Of a stretch of DNA of 64,000 nt, positions 1 through 7,628 are shown piece by piece. Every line of letters starts with the position of its first letter. Position 1 is the stretch's first letter. The notes below the pieces were generated by a model that did not search any database, had not been told where the DNA came from, and saw nothing but the letters and a program-made list of their open reading frames with translations. Both the position numbers and the translations under genes were made by a program. Source of the stretch: Nitrospiraceae bacterium (lineage in GTDB: Bacteria > Nitrospirota > Nitrospiria > Nitrospirales > UBA2166); NCBI GenBank assembly GCA_002726235.1, contig PBSN01000008.1, forward strand, positions 322,635 to 386,634, read 5' to 3'.

Positions 1-1572
1 GTGGGGTATGGAAAAACAGAAGTAGCCATGCGCGCAGCATTTAAAGCAATTTTGGATAATCGCCAGGTTGCCGTTCTTGTCCCCACAACATTATTGGCCA
101 ATCAACATTTCGAAAACTTTTCTCAGAGATTTGCCCCCTTTCCAGTACGTGTCGAAATTGTGAGCCGGTTTCAGTCTCGCAAGGACCAGCAAATTGTGAT
201 CAATGACGTCAAGACTGGCATTGTTGACATTCTGATTGGGACACATCGTTTGTTGCAAAAAGATATCGCATTTAAAGACCTTGGGTTAGCTATCATTGAT
301 GAGGAGCAATGGTTTGGTGTTCGTCATAAGGAGCGACTCAAACAACTTTTCCATTCTGTTGATGTACTGACATTAACGGCTACTCCTATCCCTCGCACGC
401 TGCAACTTTCGATGTCTTCCTTACGGGATATTTCTATTATTGACACCCCTCCCGCCGGTCGCCTTGCCATAAAAACGCAAGTGGTCTGTATGAATGACCG
501 TGTCGTACGTGAAGCCATACAATGGGAACTGAGAAGAGGAGGACAGGTATTTTTTGTCCACAATACGGTCATGACTATTGAGCATATTGGCATGTGGCTA
601 AGCGAGTTAGTTCCAGAAGCCAGAATTGGAATTGCTCATGGGCAGATGGATGCTCGTGTGCTCGAGTCGGTTATGCTTCGTTTTCTTCGCAAAGACCTAA
701 CTGTTCTCCTCGCAACCTCGATCATTCAATCGGGGATGGATATTCCTTCCGCAAATACTATTATTGTCAACCGTGCTGATCAATTTGGTCTCGCGCAACT
801 GTATCAATTGCGTGGACGTGTAGGACGTTGTGGTGAGCAAGCTTATGCCTATATGCTTGTTCCAAATGAAGGCATTCTATCGGACAATGCGAAACGGAGA
901 TTGCAAGCCATCGAAGAGTTCTGTGAACTGGGGGCAGGGTTTCGTATTGCCGCAAGAGATCTCGAGATCCGTGGCGCCGGGAATTTGTTAGGGAAGCAGC
1001 AGTCTGGGCAAATCGAAGCTGTGGGATTCGAATTATATGTACAGATGTTGGAACAGGCCGTACGCCAACGACGAGGTGAGGTGCTCAGCGAGCCTGTTGA
1101 ACCGCAGATAAAACTCCCAATATCAGCCTATATCGCAGACGAATATGTTTCCGATGTCTATCAGCGATTATCTCTCTATAAACGCCTATCATCGAGTATG
1201 CAGGTTAGTGATCTCGCATTGCTCCATGGGGAAATTCTCGACCGCTATGGGCCGATTCCTGATCCCCTTGAACATCTCTTCCAAGTTATGGAGATTAAGC
1301 TCTTAGCGAGGGCATTGGGTTTGGACCGATGTGAGGTCAACGCCCGTGCCATCACATGCAATTTTGCGGCAGGATCTGCTCCCGCTACTGACGCTATCCC
1401 AGAACTGATTCGTCAACATGGGGACGACATGGTGCGATTTCCAACACCACAAACGGTCGAAGTTCTAATTCCCTCCCAAGGCTGGCCTCAAACGTTTTAT
1501 GAGCTTCGGCAGTGCCTCAATACCATGATTGGATTGACTGATCGTGAACACGCTGAGGCAATTACTCTGTAG
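1..1572 (+). CDS. mfd: Transcription-repair coupling factor Mfd, C-terminal ~520 aa (5' end outside window)
   Basis: ORF open from base 1. SF2 helicase motifs GYGKTEVA, IIDEEQ, TATPIPRT and QLRGRVGR, followed by a TRCF-type C-terminal domain. Confidence 0.9.
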   Translation: MGYGKTEVAMRAAFKAILDNRQVAVLVPTTLLANQHFENFSQRFAPFPVRVEIVSRFQSRKDQQIVINDVKTGIVDILIGTHRLLQKDIAFKDLGLAIIDEEQWFGVRHKERLKQLFHSVDVLTLTATPIPRTLQLSMSSLRDISIIDTPPAGRLAIKTQVVCMNDRVVREAIQWELRRGGQVFFVHNTVMTIEHIGMWLSELVPEARIGIAHGQMDARVLESVMLRFLRKDLTVLLATSIIQSGMDIPSANTIIVNRADQFGLAQLYQLRGRVGRCGEQAYAYMLVPNEGILSDNAKRRLQAIEEFCELGAGFRIAARDLEIRGAGNLLGKQQSGQIEAVGFELYVQMLEQAVRQRRGEVLSEPVEPQIKLPISAYIADEYVSDVYQRLSLYKRLSSSMQVSDLALLHGEILDRYGPIPDPLEHLFQVMEIKLLARALGLDRCEVNARAITCNFAAGSAPATDAIPELIRQHGDDMVRFPTPQTVEVLIPSQGWPQTFYELRQCLNTMIGLTDREHAEAITL

Positions 1573-1712
1573 CAAAATGCTTAAACACCCCCTCATTCTC
1601 CTTCGTGCCTCTTCCGAGGCTCTACGTTCCGTAGAGCACGGTCCGCCTCCTTTGCTTGCCATGATTTATCGTGGGGATAATACCACAAATGCTCACACAA
1701 TTAGTTTCTTGA

Positions 1713-2687
1713 TTGCACGGGGTTTTCCCCCAATATCCTGCTAGTACTTTTGTGCAAATCATTCTTCTCATCCTGATTGCCATTGCACTTCCTAGCGGAT
1801 ATGGCCTTGCGCAGGAGCGCGTGGATGCCAAAGATCGTATTGCCGCCATTGTCAATGAAGACGTGATTACACTTTCGGAGCTTCAGGAAGAACTAGAAAC
1901 CTTTATGCCTCAACTAAGCGCGCAGTTCAGCGGAGAGGATCTTCAACAACAGACGAAACAATTACGGTACAAATTATTAGTATCCATGATTGAGCGAAAG
2001 CTACAACTTCAACAAGCCAAGATAATGCGAATGACTGTTAGTGATCGTGAAATTGACTCAACCGCGCAGGATATACGCGCACGACGTGGTGCTGATGCCA
2101 ACACAGCTCCGACGGCGAATGACCGGAAAAAGGCGAGAGAGCAACTCCTGCTAAGGAGAGTGTACCAACAAAAAATTCGGAACACGCTACTGATACCAGA
2201 AGCTACACTGCATGAATACTATGATTCACACCGAGAAGATTTTGCCATTCCAGGCATGGTGCGCATCAGCCAGATTATGCTAAGTGTAAGTGCCTCTGGA
2301 AATCTTGAAAAAGCGCGTCTAAGATCGGAACATGTTCTTAATGAACTTGAGCAGGGCCGTTCCTTTGAAGAGCTTGCCAAGGATTACTCGGACGGGCCAG
2401 AGGCAGAAGATGGCGGCAGTCTTGGGATTATGACACGAGGGTCTCTTTTGCCTCAGATGGAAGAGATTATTGATCGGCTTGGTCAGGGAGACATTGGGCA
2501 AGTCATCGAATCTCCTGTTGGATTGCATATCATTCGCGTTGACGAGAAGAAACCAGCGGGATTCAAACCGTTTGAGGAAGTCAAGAAAGACATCGAGAAC
2601 AAGCTATTACAAGAGCAATCACAACGACTCTATCAAGAGTGGCTCAGTGAACTAACAGACACTGCGTTCATTGAAGTTCGATTTTAG
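1713..2687 (+). CDS. Periplasmic peptidyl-prolyl isomerase, SurA/PpiD-like (SurA N-domain plus one parvulin domain)
   Basis: Hydrophobic signal-like N-terminus (IILLILIAIALPSGYGLAQE). Parvulin signature GGSLGIMTRGSLLPQMEE...ESPVGLHIIRV. The TTG start is uncertain. Located downstream of mfd. Confidence 0.75.
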   Translation: MHGVFPQYPASTFVQIILLILIAIALPSGYGLAQERVDAKDRIAAIVNEDVITLSELQEELETFMPQLSAQFSGEDLQQQTKQLRYKLLVSMIERKLQLQQAKIMRMTVSDREIDSTAQDIRARRGADANTAPTANDRKKAREQLLLRRVYQQKIRNTLLIPEATLHEYYDSHREDFAIPGMVRISQIMLSVSASGNLEKARLRSEHVLNELEQGRSFEELAKDYSDGPEAEDGGSLGIMTRGSLLPQMEEIIDRLGQGDIGQVIESPVGLHIIRVDEKKPAGFKPFEEVKKDIENKLLQEQSQRLYQEWLSELTDTAFIEVRF

Positions 2688-2789
2688 GCGGATGTTCAAA
2701 ATGGCTTCCAACGGCGTTTTGCTTCGCTTAGTAGCCAACATGCGCTTGTATGATTTGCGCGTTTATCAGAGTGAATCATCGAAAATAAC

Positions 2790-3137
2790 ATGAGCTGGAA
2801 TATGGCATATACATATCTATTCATGGCGATAGTGGCTGAGGTGATCGGAACAGTTGCCTTAAAGGCCTCTGAAGAATTTACGAAGTTTCTTCCTAGCGTT
2901 GTAGTTGTGCTTGGATACGGCATGGCGTTTTACTTTCTCAGTGTTGTGCTCAGAACAATTCCTGTCGGTATTGCATATGCAGTGTGGGCTGGCATTGGGA
3001 TTGTGCTCATCGCCATTGCTGGCGCGCTGGTGTTCAAACAGATCCCTGATCTTCCCGCCATTGTCGGTATATCATTGATCATCTCGGGTGTGGTTATCAT
3101 TTATCTATTTTCGAAGACGGTCAATCATCTGTCATAG
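2790..3137 (+). CDS. Small multidrug resistance (SMR/EmrE-QacE-type) efflux protein
   Basis: About 110 aa with 4 TM segments and the conserved membrane Glu context IVAEVIGTVALK. The start could instead be the second Met at 2802. Confidence 0.85.
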   Translation: MSWNMAYTYLFMAIVAEVIGTVALKASEEFTKFLPSVVVVLGYGMAFYFLSVVLRTIPVGIAYAVWAGIGIVLIAIAGALVFKQIPDLPAIVGISLIISGVVIIYLFSKTVNHLS

Positions 3138-3427
3138 CGGTACACAACCAAGAGATCTCTTCATGTCCCTACATTCTTTTGCACCATGTTTGGCATATTT
3201 GGTTGATCTAACCTTCTCGAAGGAAACATCTCGGTTTTGCTCGATCTGCTTATATACCTTGCCCTGTGACAAACACTCTTGGGCATTTCTCCCAAGACGA
3301 TGATCAAGATATTTAATGGAAAAAATGTGGCAAGAAATGGGTGCGTGTGTGAATTCGATAGAGTAGGAAATTTTGATTTCACTGTCGCATTTTTTGTCTA
3401 GGTGAAATAATACGACGAGGGGAATGT

Positions 3428-4606
3428 TTAATCACCTTGATAGATAATCGTTTTCGGCTTGAATGCTGCCCAAGAAAACCAAAAATGGTCGCCGTGTATG
3501 ATTGGTGTGAGTCGCTGGCCTGCTAAAGGGCCATCAATCGCGTGCCCGAGAATATTCCACGTACTTTGCGTTTCTGCATCGGTGATCTTGTTTCCATCTC
3601 GATGAAATGTGAGAGTTTGGTTGCCTAGTCTTGAATCAAAAACACCCGTTGCCCCAACATCTTCTCCCTCAGCGATTCTCGGCGCGCCCAACGCACTGTT
3701 CGTCCCAGTGGTATGAAGTACGACTAAGGGATATCCAGCTGGAATATCATGAATGACTCCACGGTCAGCGAGAATGTGGAGTGGATACGCGATGTCCACT
3801 GTCTTCAGTGACACGCTGACGACGCGGGCCATAGCGGGGAGACGATTATCTAGGAGGCCGCGGAACATAAATGGTGTGTTGCCAATGGTATCGTAGTCTT
3901 TGTAAGGATTACTGCCATACGCACGTATCATTCCAGTATCGTGAGAGAGTATGATGCCGTGTGGATAGGCCGTGCGAAACTCGGCAAAACTGATGAGACT
4001 TGCAGGCACAAACTGAAGATATGTGCCGGCTTTTTCTCCAACGACTCCCTCGCCGGTAAATTGCTGCCAGAGGCTTTCTGTGGTTCGATCATACATGATC
4101 AGATCTGAAAACCGCAGCAGGCCGGAAGTGCCAAACTCATGAGTTTTTCCATCGAAACGACGATCAAAAGCGATAGCTGAATTACATAACGGGCAAAATG
4201 TCACGATAACCGGGACACTGCCAACAGTATCGTTAACAATTTCATGCCACGTGAGAATCTGCAGGGGATACGCACGGGCATCACCGTTGATGTCTAATAC
4301 GACAACAGGTTCCGTGGCATTCAAAACTGACGCGGCTAGATCGACAGTGATGAACTTGGGCTGATCAATAGATCGAATGCCATCACGAGGTGGCCCTCCT
4401 GAGAGGATTTCGTTATATGCAATTGTGTGACGAGTCCAATCAGTGTTCCAATTCCTCGTGATACGTTGCAGTTGAGCAGAACGGTTATCGATGGTCAATA
4501 TGGGCTTGACAAGATTTGACCCCGGTTGCGCTGTCGTCTGCAGGACGGTCGTGCGAGGTTGAGCTTGGGCATGCCCCACTGTCACATCCACGCAAAAGGC
4601 AAACAT
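3428..4606 (-). CDS. DUF3179 domain-containing secreted protein
   Basis: DUF3179 hallmark region ARAYPLQILTWHEIVNDTVGSVPVIVTFCPLCNSAIAFDR...FGTSGLLRFSDLIMYDRTTESLWQQ. The start is ambiguous. The ATG at 4606 gives MFAFCVDVTVGHAQA, and the long ORF up to 5005 adds an implausible basic low-complexity extension. Confidence 0.75.
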   Translation of the reverse strand: MFAFCVDVTVGHAQAQPRTTVLQTTAQPGSNLVKPILTIDNRSAQLQRITRNWNTDWTRHTIAYNEILSGGPPRDGIRSIDQPKFITVDLAASVLNATEPVVVLDINGDARAYPLQILTWHEIVNDTVGSVPVIVTFCPLCNSAIAFDRRFDGKTHEFGTSGLLRFSDLIMYDRTTESLWQQFTGEGVVGEKAGTYLQFVPASLISFAEFRTAYPHGIILSHDTGMIRAYGSNPYKDYDTIGNTPFMFRGLLDNRLPAMARVVSVSLKTVDIAYPLHILADRGVIHDIPAGYPLVVLHTTGTNSALGAPRIAEGEDVGATGVFDSRLGNQTLTFHRDGNKITDAETQSTWNILGHAIDGPLAGQRLTPIIHGDHFWFSWAAFKPKTIIYQGD

Positions 4607-4970
4607 GAGCAATGCTGAGATGCTTATGTTCCAAAGGGGGAGAGATTGTGATATGGGGCATCTAAATGGGGAGTCGGATTTAGTAGACTGGGAAGAAAAC
4701 CCAGAGCAACAACTCTTTAGAAGCTTCTTCTCTATCAGAGTGCAGCACAATAAGACCATCTTCAGAAAACGCTTACGGCTTCTTTGAAAATCACCAAATC
4801 TGTCGCCTAAAGCACTAGATTTCGCAGATATGTACGCTCTCGACTCAACCGCACTAGATTTAGCACTAACACCCCTCTTAACGTCCCGATGAGCCTCCGC
4901 TTTAGCTCGTTTCCCTTGTTTTGCTCTCCTCGCAAATTTTCTACCGGCAATAGATTTTTCAAGATTAATG

Positions 4971-5172
4971 TCAGCATAGAAATACCGACTATTTCTGCTT
5001 CGCATTCTCGGGCCTTTGCTACGAATTCATGAGGTGTGATTGGCTTTTTAAAAGTATTTATAGCGGTAGATACGTTAAACCCCTTTTCTTTCAGCACACC
5101 AGCTATCATAGCCAATGAGGTTGGTATTTCTCCAATAATTGCAGGGTATATTAGAAGAACATTTTTCTTCAT
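4971..5172 (-). pseudogene. Fragment: N-terminal B12-binding-like domain of a radical SAM enzyme (about 65 aa only)
   Basis: MKKNVLLIYPAIIGEIPTSLAMIAGVLKEKGFNV...CEAEIVGISMLT resembles the N-terminus of B12-binding radical SAM proteins. No CxxxCxxC core follows. Confidence 0.45.
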
Positions 5173-5428
5173 ATATGATTTCCCTTTTTTCCCCGCCAAT
5201 CAGTTGTTAACGACAATGATGCCTTGATTGTATTAAGTGTGGCCACTTGTCTTAATGTCACTACTATACCTCATTCCCATCTTACGGGATTGATTTCAGG
5301 ACTTATTCTTTTGGGCAAACTTGGTGTTTCTCCAAACTTTTTATCAAATAGCGTTAGAAAACACGTTGCTGGTTAATTATCACAATGATTGAATGCCTCA
5401 ATGCAATAGAAGATGTCTGTTTCTACCT

Positions 5429-5713
5429 CTACTCTGCCGTGGAAACCTGAGGCCGTTTTGTGATTGTGTTGATCTGGATTTTATTAGTCATCGTCAGCCC
5501 AGTCGCATAGTTAAAATAAGACTGATCTAGACGGAAGGATCCATCCTCTTTGAGATCAATAAGCTTTTCCAAAATAAGCGCCTTGTACTTAGGCTTACCA
5601 TAAGGTGTCAAGCCCATAACCTTATACTCCCCACTGTTGACTCGAAAACCCGTATAGTAGGTAAATGCTGAATACAGAAGCTCCAATGAAGGATTGGCCG
5701 CATTTTTCCTCAC
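5429..5713 (-). pseudogene. Fragment: internal piece of a NodU/CmcH-family carbamoyltransferase (about 85 of ~580 aa)
   Basis: LELLYSAFTYYTGFRVNSGEYKVMGLTPYGKPKYKALILEKLIDLKEDGSFRLDQSYFNYATGLTMTN matches the conserved central region of carbamoyltransferases. Both the N- and C-terminal parts are missing. Confidence 0.6.
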
Positions 5714-5945
5714 GACGCACGGTATATGCGGAGGGCGTTTGATCGGGCGGTGAAAGCGTCAGGCTTGGCCCCGTTTCGCTTTCACGACCTGAGACATACT
5801 TTTGCCTTACGTCTTGCCGAGCGGGGCGCAAATGACAGAACGATTATGGCGCTTGGAGGGTGGAAGTCTACGGCCATGCTTTCCCGATATGCACACCTTT
5901 CACCAACTTACCTATATCAAGCGGTTGAAGGGATCGTGGAAACTC
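5690..5945 (+). pseudogene. Fragment: C-terminal catalytic region of a tyrosine recombinase/phage integrase
   Basis: FRFHDLRHTFALRL...LGGWKSTAMLSRYAHL contains the HxxR box and the catalytic Tyr context. The N-terminal two-thirds are absent. The frame runs on without a stop through the antisense of tRNA-Gly. Confidence 0.7.
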
Positions 5946-5952
5946 GATCGGG

Positions 5953-5976
5953 AACCGTGACCACAACCGTGACCAC
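5953..5976 (+). repeat. Perfect 12-bp tandem duplication (aaccgtgaccac x2)
   Basis: Read directly from the sequence, between the integrase fragment and tRNA-Gly. Confidence 0.9.
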
Positions 5977-5999
5977 AAAAGAGGATGACACCGTAAGTA

Positions 6000-6074
6000 T
6001 GGAGCGGGAAACGGGATTTGAACCCGCGACCCTCGCCTTGGCAAGGCGATGCTCTACCACTGAGCTATTCCCGC
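6000..6074 (-). tRNA. tRNA-Gly (anticodon GCC), encoded CCA
   Basis: The reverse complement folds as a cloverleaf: acceptor GCGGGAA/TTCCCGC, D-arm GCTC..GAGC, anticodon loop TTGCCAA, T-arm GCGGG-TTCAAAT-CCCGT, then T-CCA. Confidence 0.93.
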
Positions 6075-6207
6075 CCTTTTTGGTGTGGTCTGACGCGGAT
6101 TATAAGAACCCCTTTTAATCCCGTCAAGCACCTGTTCTGAGGGGCAAATGGAGACAATCAGCTTTATCTCGACACTGTGAAACGGACTGTGATAGGCTTG
6201 CCTCCCG

Positions 6208-7626
6208 ATGTTTAACAAAATTCTTATTGCCAACCGAGGCGAGATCGCAATGCGGGTGATTCGTGCGTGTCGAGAACTGGAAATACCGACTGTCGCGGTC
6301 TATACCCAGCCAGATTCAACAGGCATTTATGTTAAGAAGGCAGACGAAGCCATCTACCTCGGCACAGAACCTCTGCAGGGATATCTTGACATGGAACGGA
6401 TCGTCCAATTGGCAAATGAGGCAGGAGCCGACGCAATTCATCCGGGATATGGATTTCTGTCGGAAAATGCAGAGTTCGCGTGGCTCTGTCGACATCACGG
6501 TATCACCTTCATCGGGCCATCCCCACAAACGATTTACTTAATGGGGAACAAGATTCAAGCGCGACAGACAATGATGAGGGTTGGAGTTCCGGTTGTCCCG
6601 GGTACAGACAGCGCAATTCAATCTGAGGAGGAGGCACTTGCCTTCGCGAAGAACGCGGGATATCCCCTCATGATTAAAGCCAGTGCTGGCGGCGGGGGGC
6701 GTGGGCTACGTGTGGTTCGAACAGATGATGACCTCCGTGCTGGACTCGAGTCTGCGACACGGGAGGCAGAAGCGGCTTTTGGAGAATCTGATGTATTTCT
6801 CGAAAAATGTATTGAACGCGCTCATCACATTGAGTTTCAAATCGTTGCGGACAAAGAAGGAAATTGCATCCATTTGGGTGAACGCGATTGTTCAATTCAA
6901 CGTCGTCACCAGAAGCTGATCGAGATTTCCCCTTCCTTGGCACTTGATTCTTCACTGCGAGACACCATGGGGAGAGCTGCCGTCACTGCAGCAAAGGCTG
7001 TGGAATATGACAGTGTTGGTACCATTGAGTTTCTTCTCGATGAGAATCAAAACTTTTATTTTATAGAGATGAACACACGAATTCAGGTCGAACATACCGT
7101 GACTGAACAAGTCACCGGGATGGACTTGGTCCGTGCTCAGATCGAATTTGCAGCAGGGATTCCACTGGGAACGAAGCAGGAGGACGTCGTTCTTAACGGC
7201 TATTCGATTCAATGTCGTATCAATGCTGAAGACCCTAAAAATGATTTTTTCCCTTGTGCCGGAACCGTGACGGCCTACTATTCGCCTGGTGGGATAGGCG
7301 TGCGTATTGACGGCGCCGTCTACAAGGATTATGTAATCCCTCCGTACTTTGACACCTTGTTGACCAAACTGATCGTTACGGGTCGATCCTGGCCAGAGAC
7401 AGTAAGCCGCATGCACCGCTCGTTAGAGGAGTTCGTGCTTCGAGGCGTCAAAACAACCATTCCATTTTTGCAGCGGGTTATAGAGGATCAGGATTTTATC
7501 GCTGGCCGATTTGATACCACGTACATTGAAACCCATCCGTATTTACTTGAGTATCCGGACCACAGCACTCCAGAAGACGTCGTTACCGCAATTTCTGCTG
7601 CCATTGCAGCATACGAGGGGCTCTAA
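6208..7626 (+). CDS. pycA: Biotin carboxylase subunit of a two-subunit pyruvate carboxylase (alternatively 2-oxoglutarate carboxylase)
   Basis: 472 aa ATP-grasp biotin carboxylase (MFNKILIANRGEIA..., GGGGRG, EMNTRIQVEH). The stop is 2 nt before the carboxyltransferase gene. Confidence 0.85.
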   Translation: MFNKILIANRGEIAMRVIRACRELEIPTVAVYTQPDSTGIYVKKADEAIYLGTEPLQGYLDMERIVQLANEAGADAIHPGYGFLSENAEFAWLCRHHGITFIGPSPQTIYLMGNKIQARQTMMRVGVPVVPGTDSAIQSEEEALAFAKNAGYPLMIKASAGGGGRGLRVVRTDDDLRAGLESATREAEAAFGESDVFLEKCIERAHHIEFQIVADKEGNCIHLGERDCSIQRRHQKLIEISPSLALDSSLRDTMGRAAVTAAKAVEYDSVGTIEFLLDENQNFYFIEMNTRIQVEHTVTEQVTGMDLVRAQIEFAAGIPLGTKQEDVVLNGYSIQCRINAEDPKNDFFPCAGTVTAYYSPGGIGVRIDGAVYKDYVIPPYFDTLLTKLIVTGRSWPETVSRMHRSLEEFVLRGVKTTIPFLQRVIEDQDFIAGRFDTTYIETHPYLLEYPDHSTPEDVVTAISAAIAAYEGL

Positions 7627-7628
7627 GG

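Larger units (their letters stand above)
4807..5999. mobile_element. Decayed integrative-element remnant abutting the 3' end of tRNA-Gly (truncated integrase plus two unrelated gene fragments)
   Basis: Three short fragments of normally much longer proteins in 1.2 kb with no intact gene. The integrase catalytic-domain fragment lies directly next to the tRNA 3' end. The left boundary was not identified. Confidence 0.45.

Noticed and set aside
5283-5295. acgggattga resembles part of the tRNA-Gly T-arm (acgggatttga) and could mark the distal att repeat of the decayed island.
   Set aside because: Only about 10 nt match, and only after allowing a 1-nt gap. The flanking bases do not match the tRNA acceptor end. 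This is consistent with chance in 64 kb.
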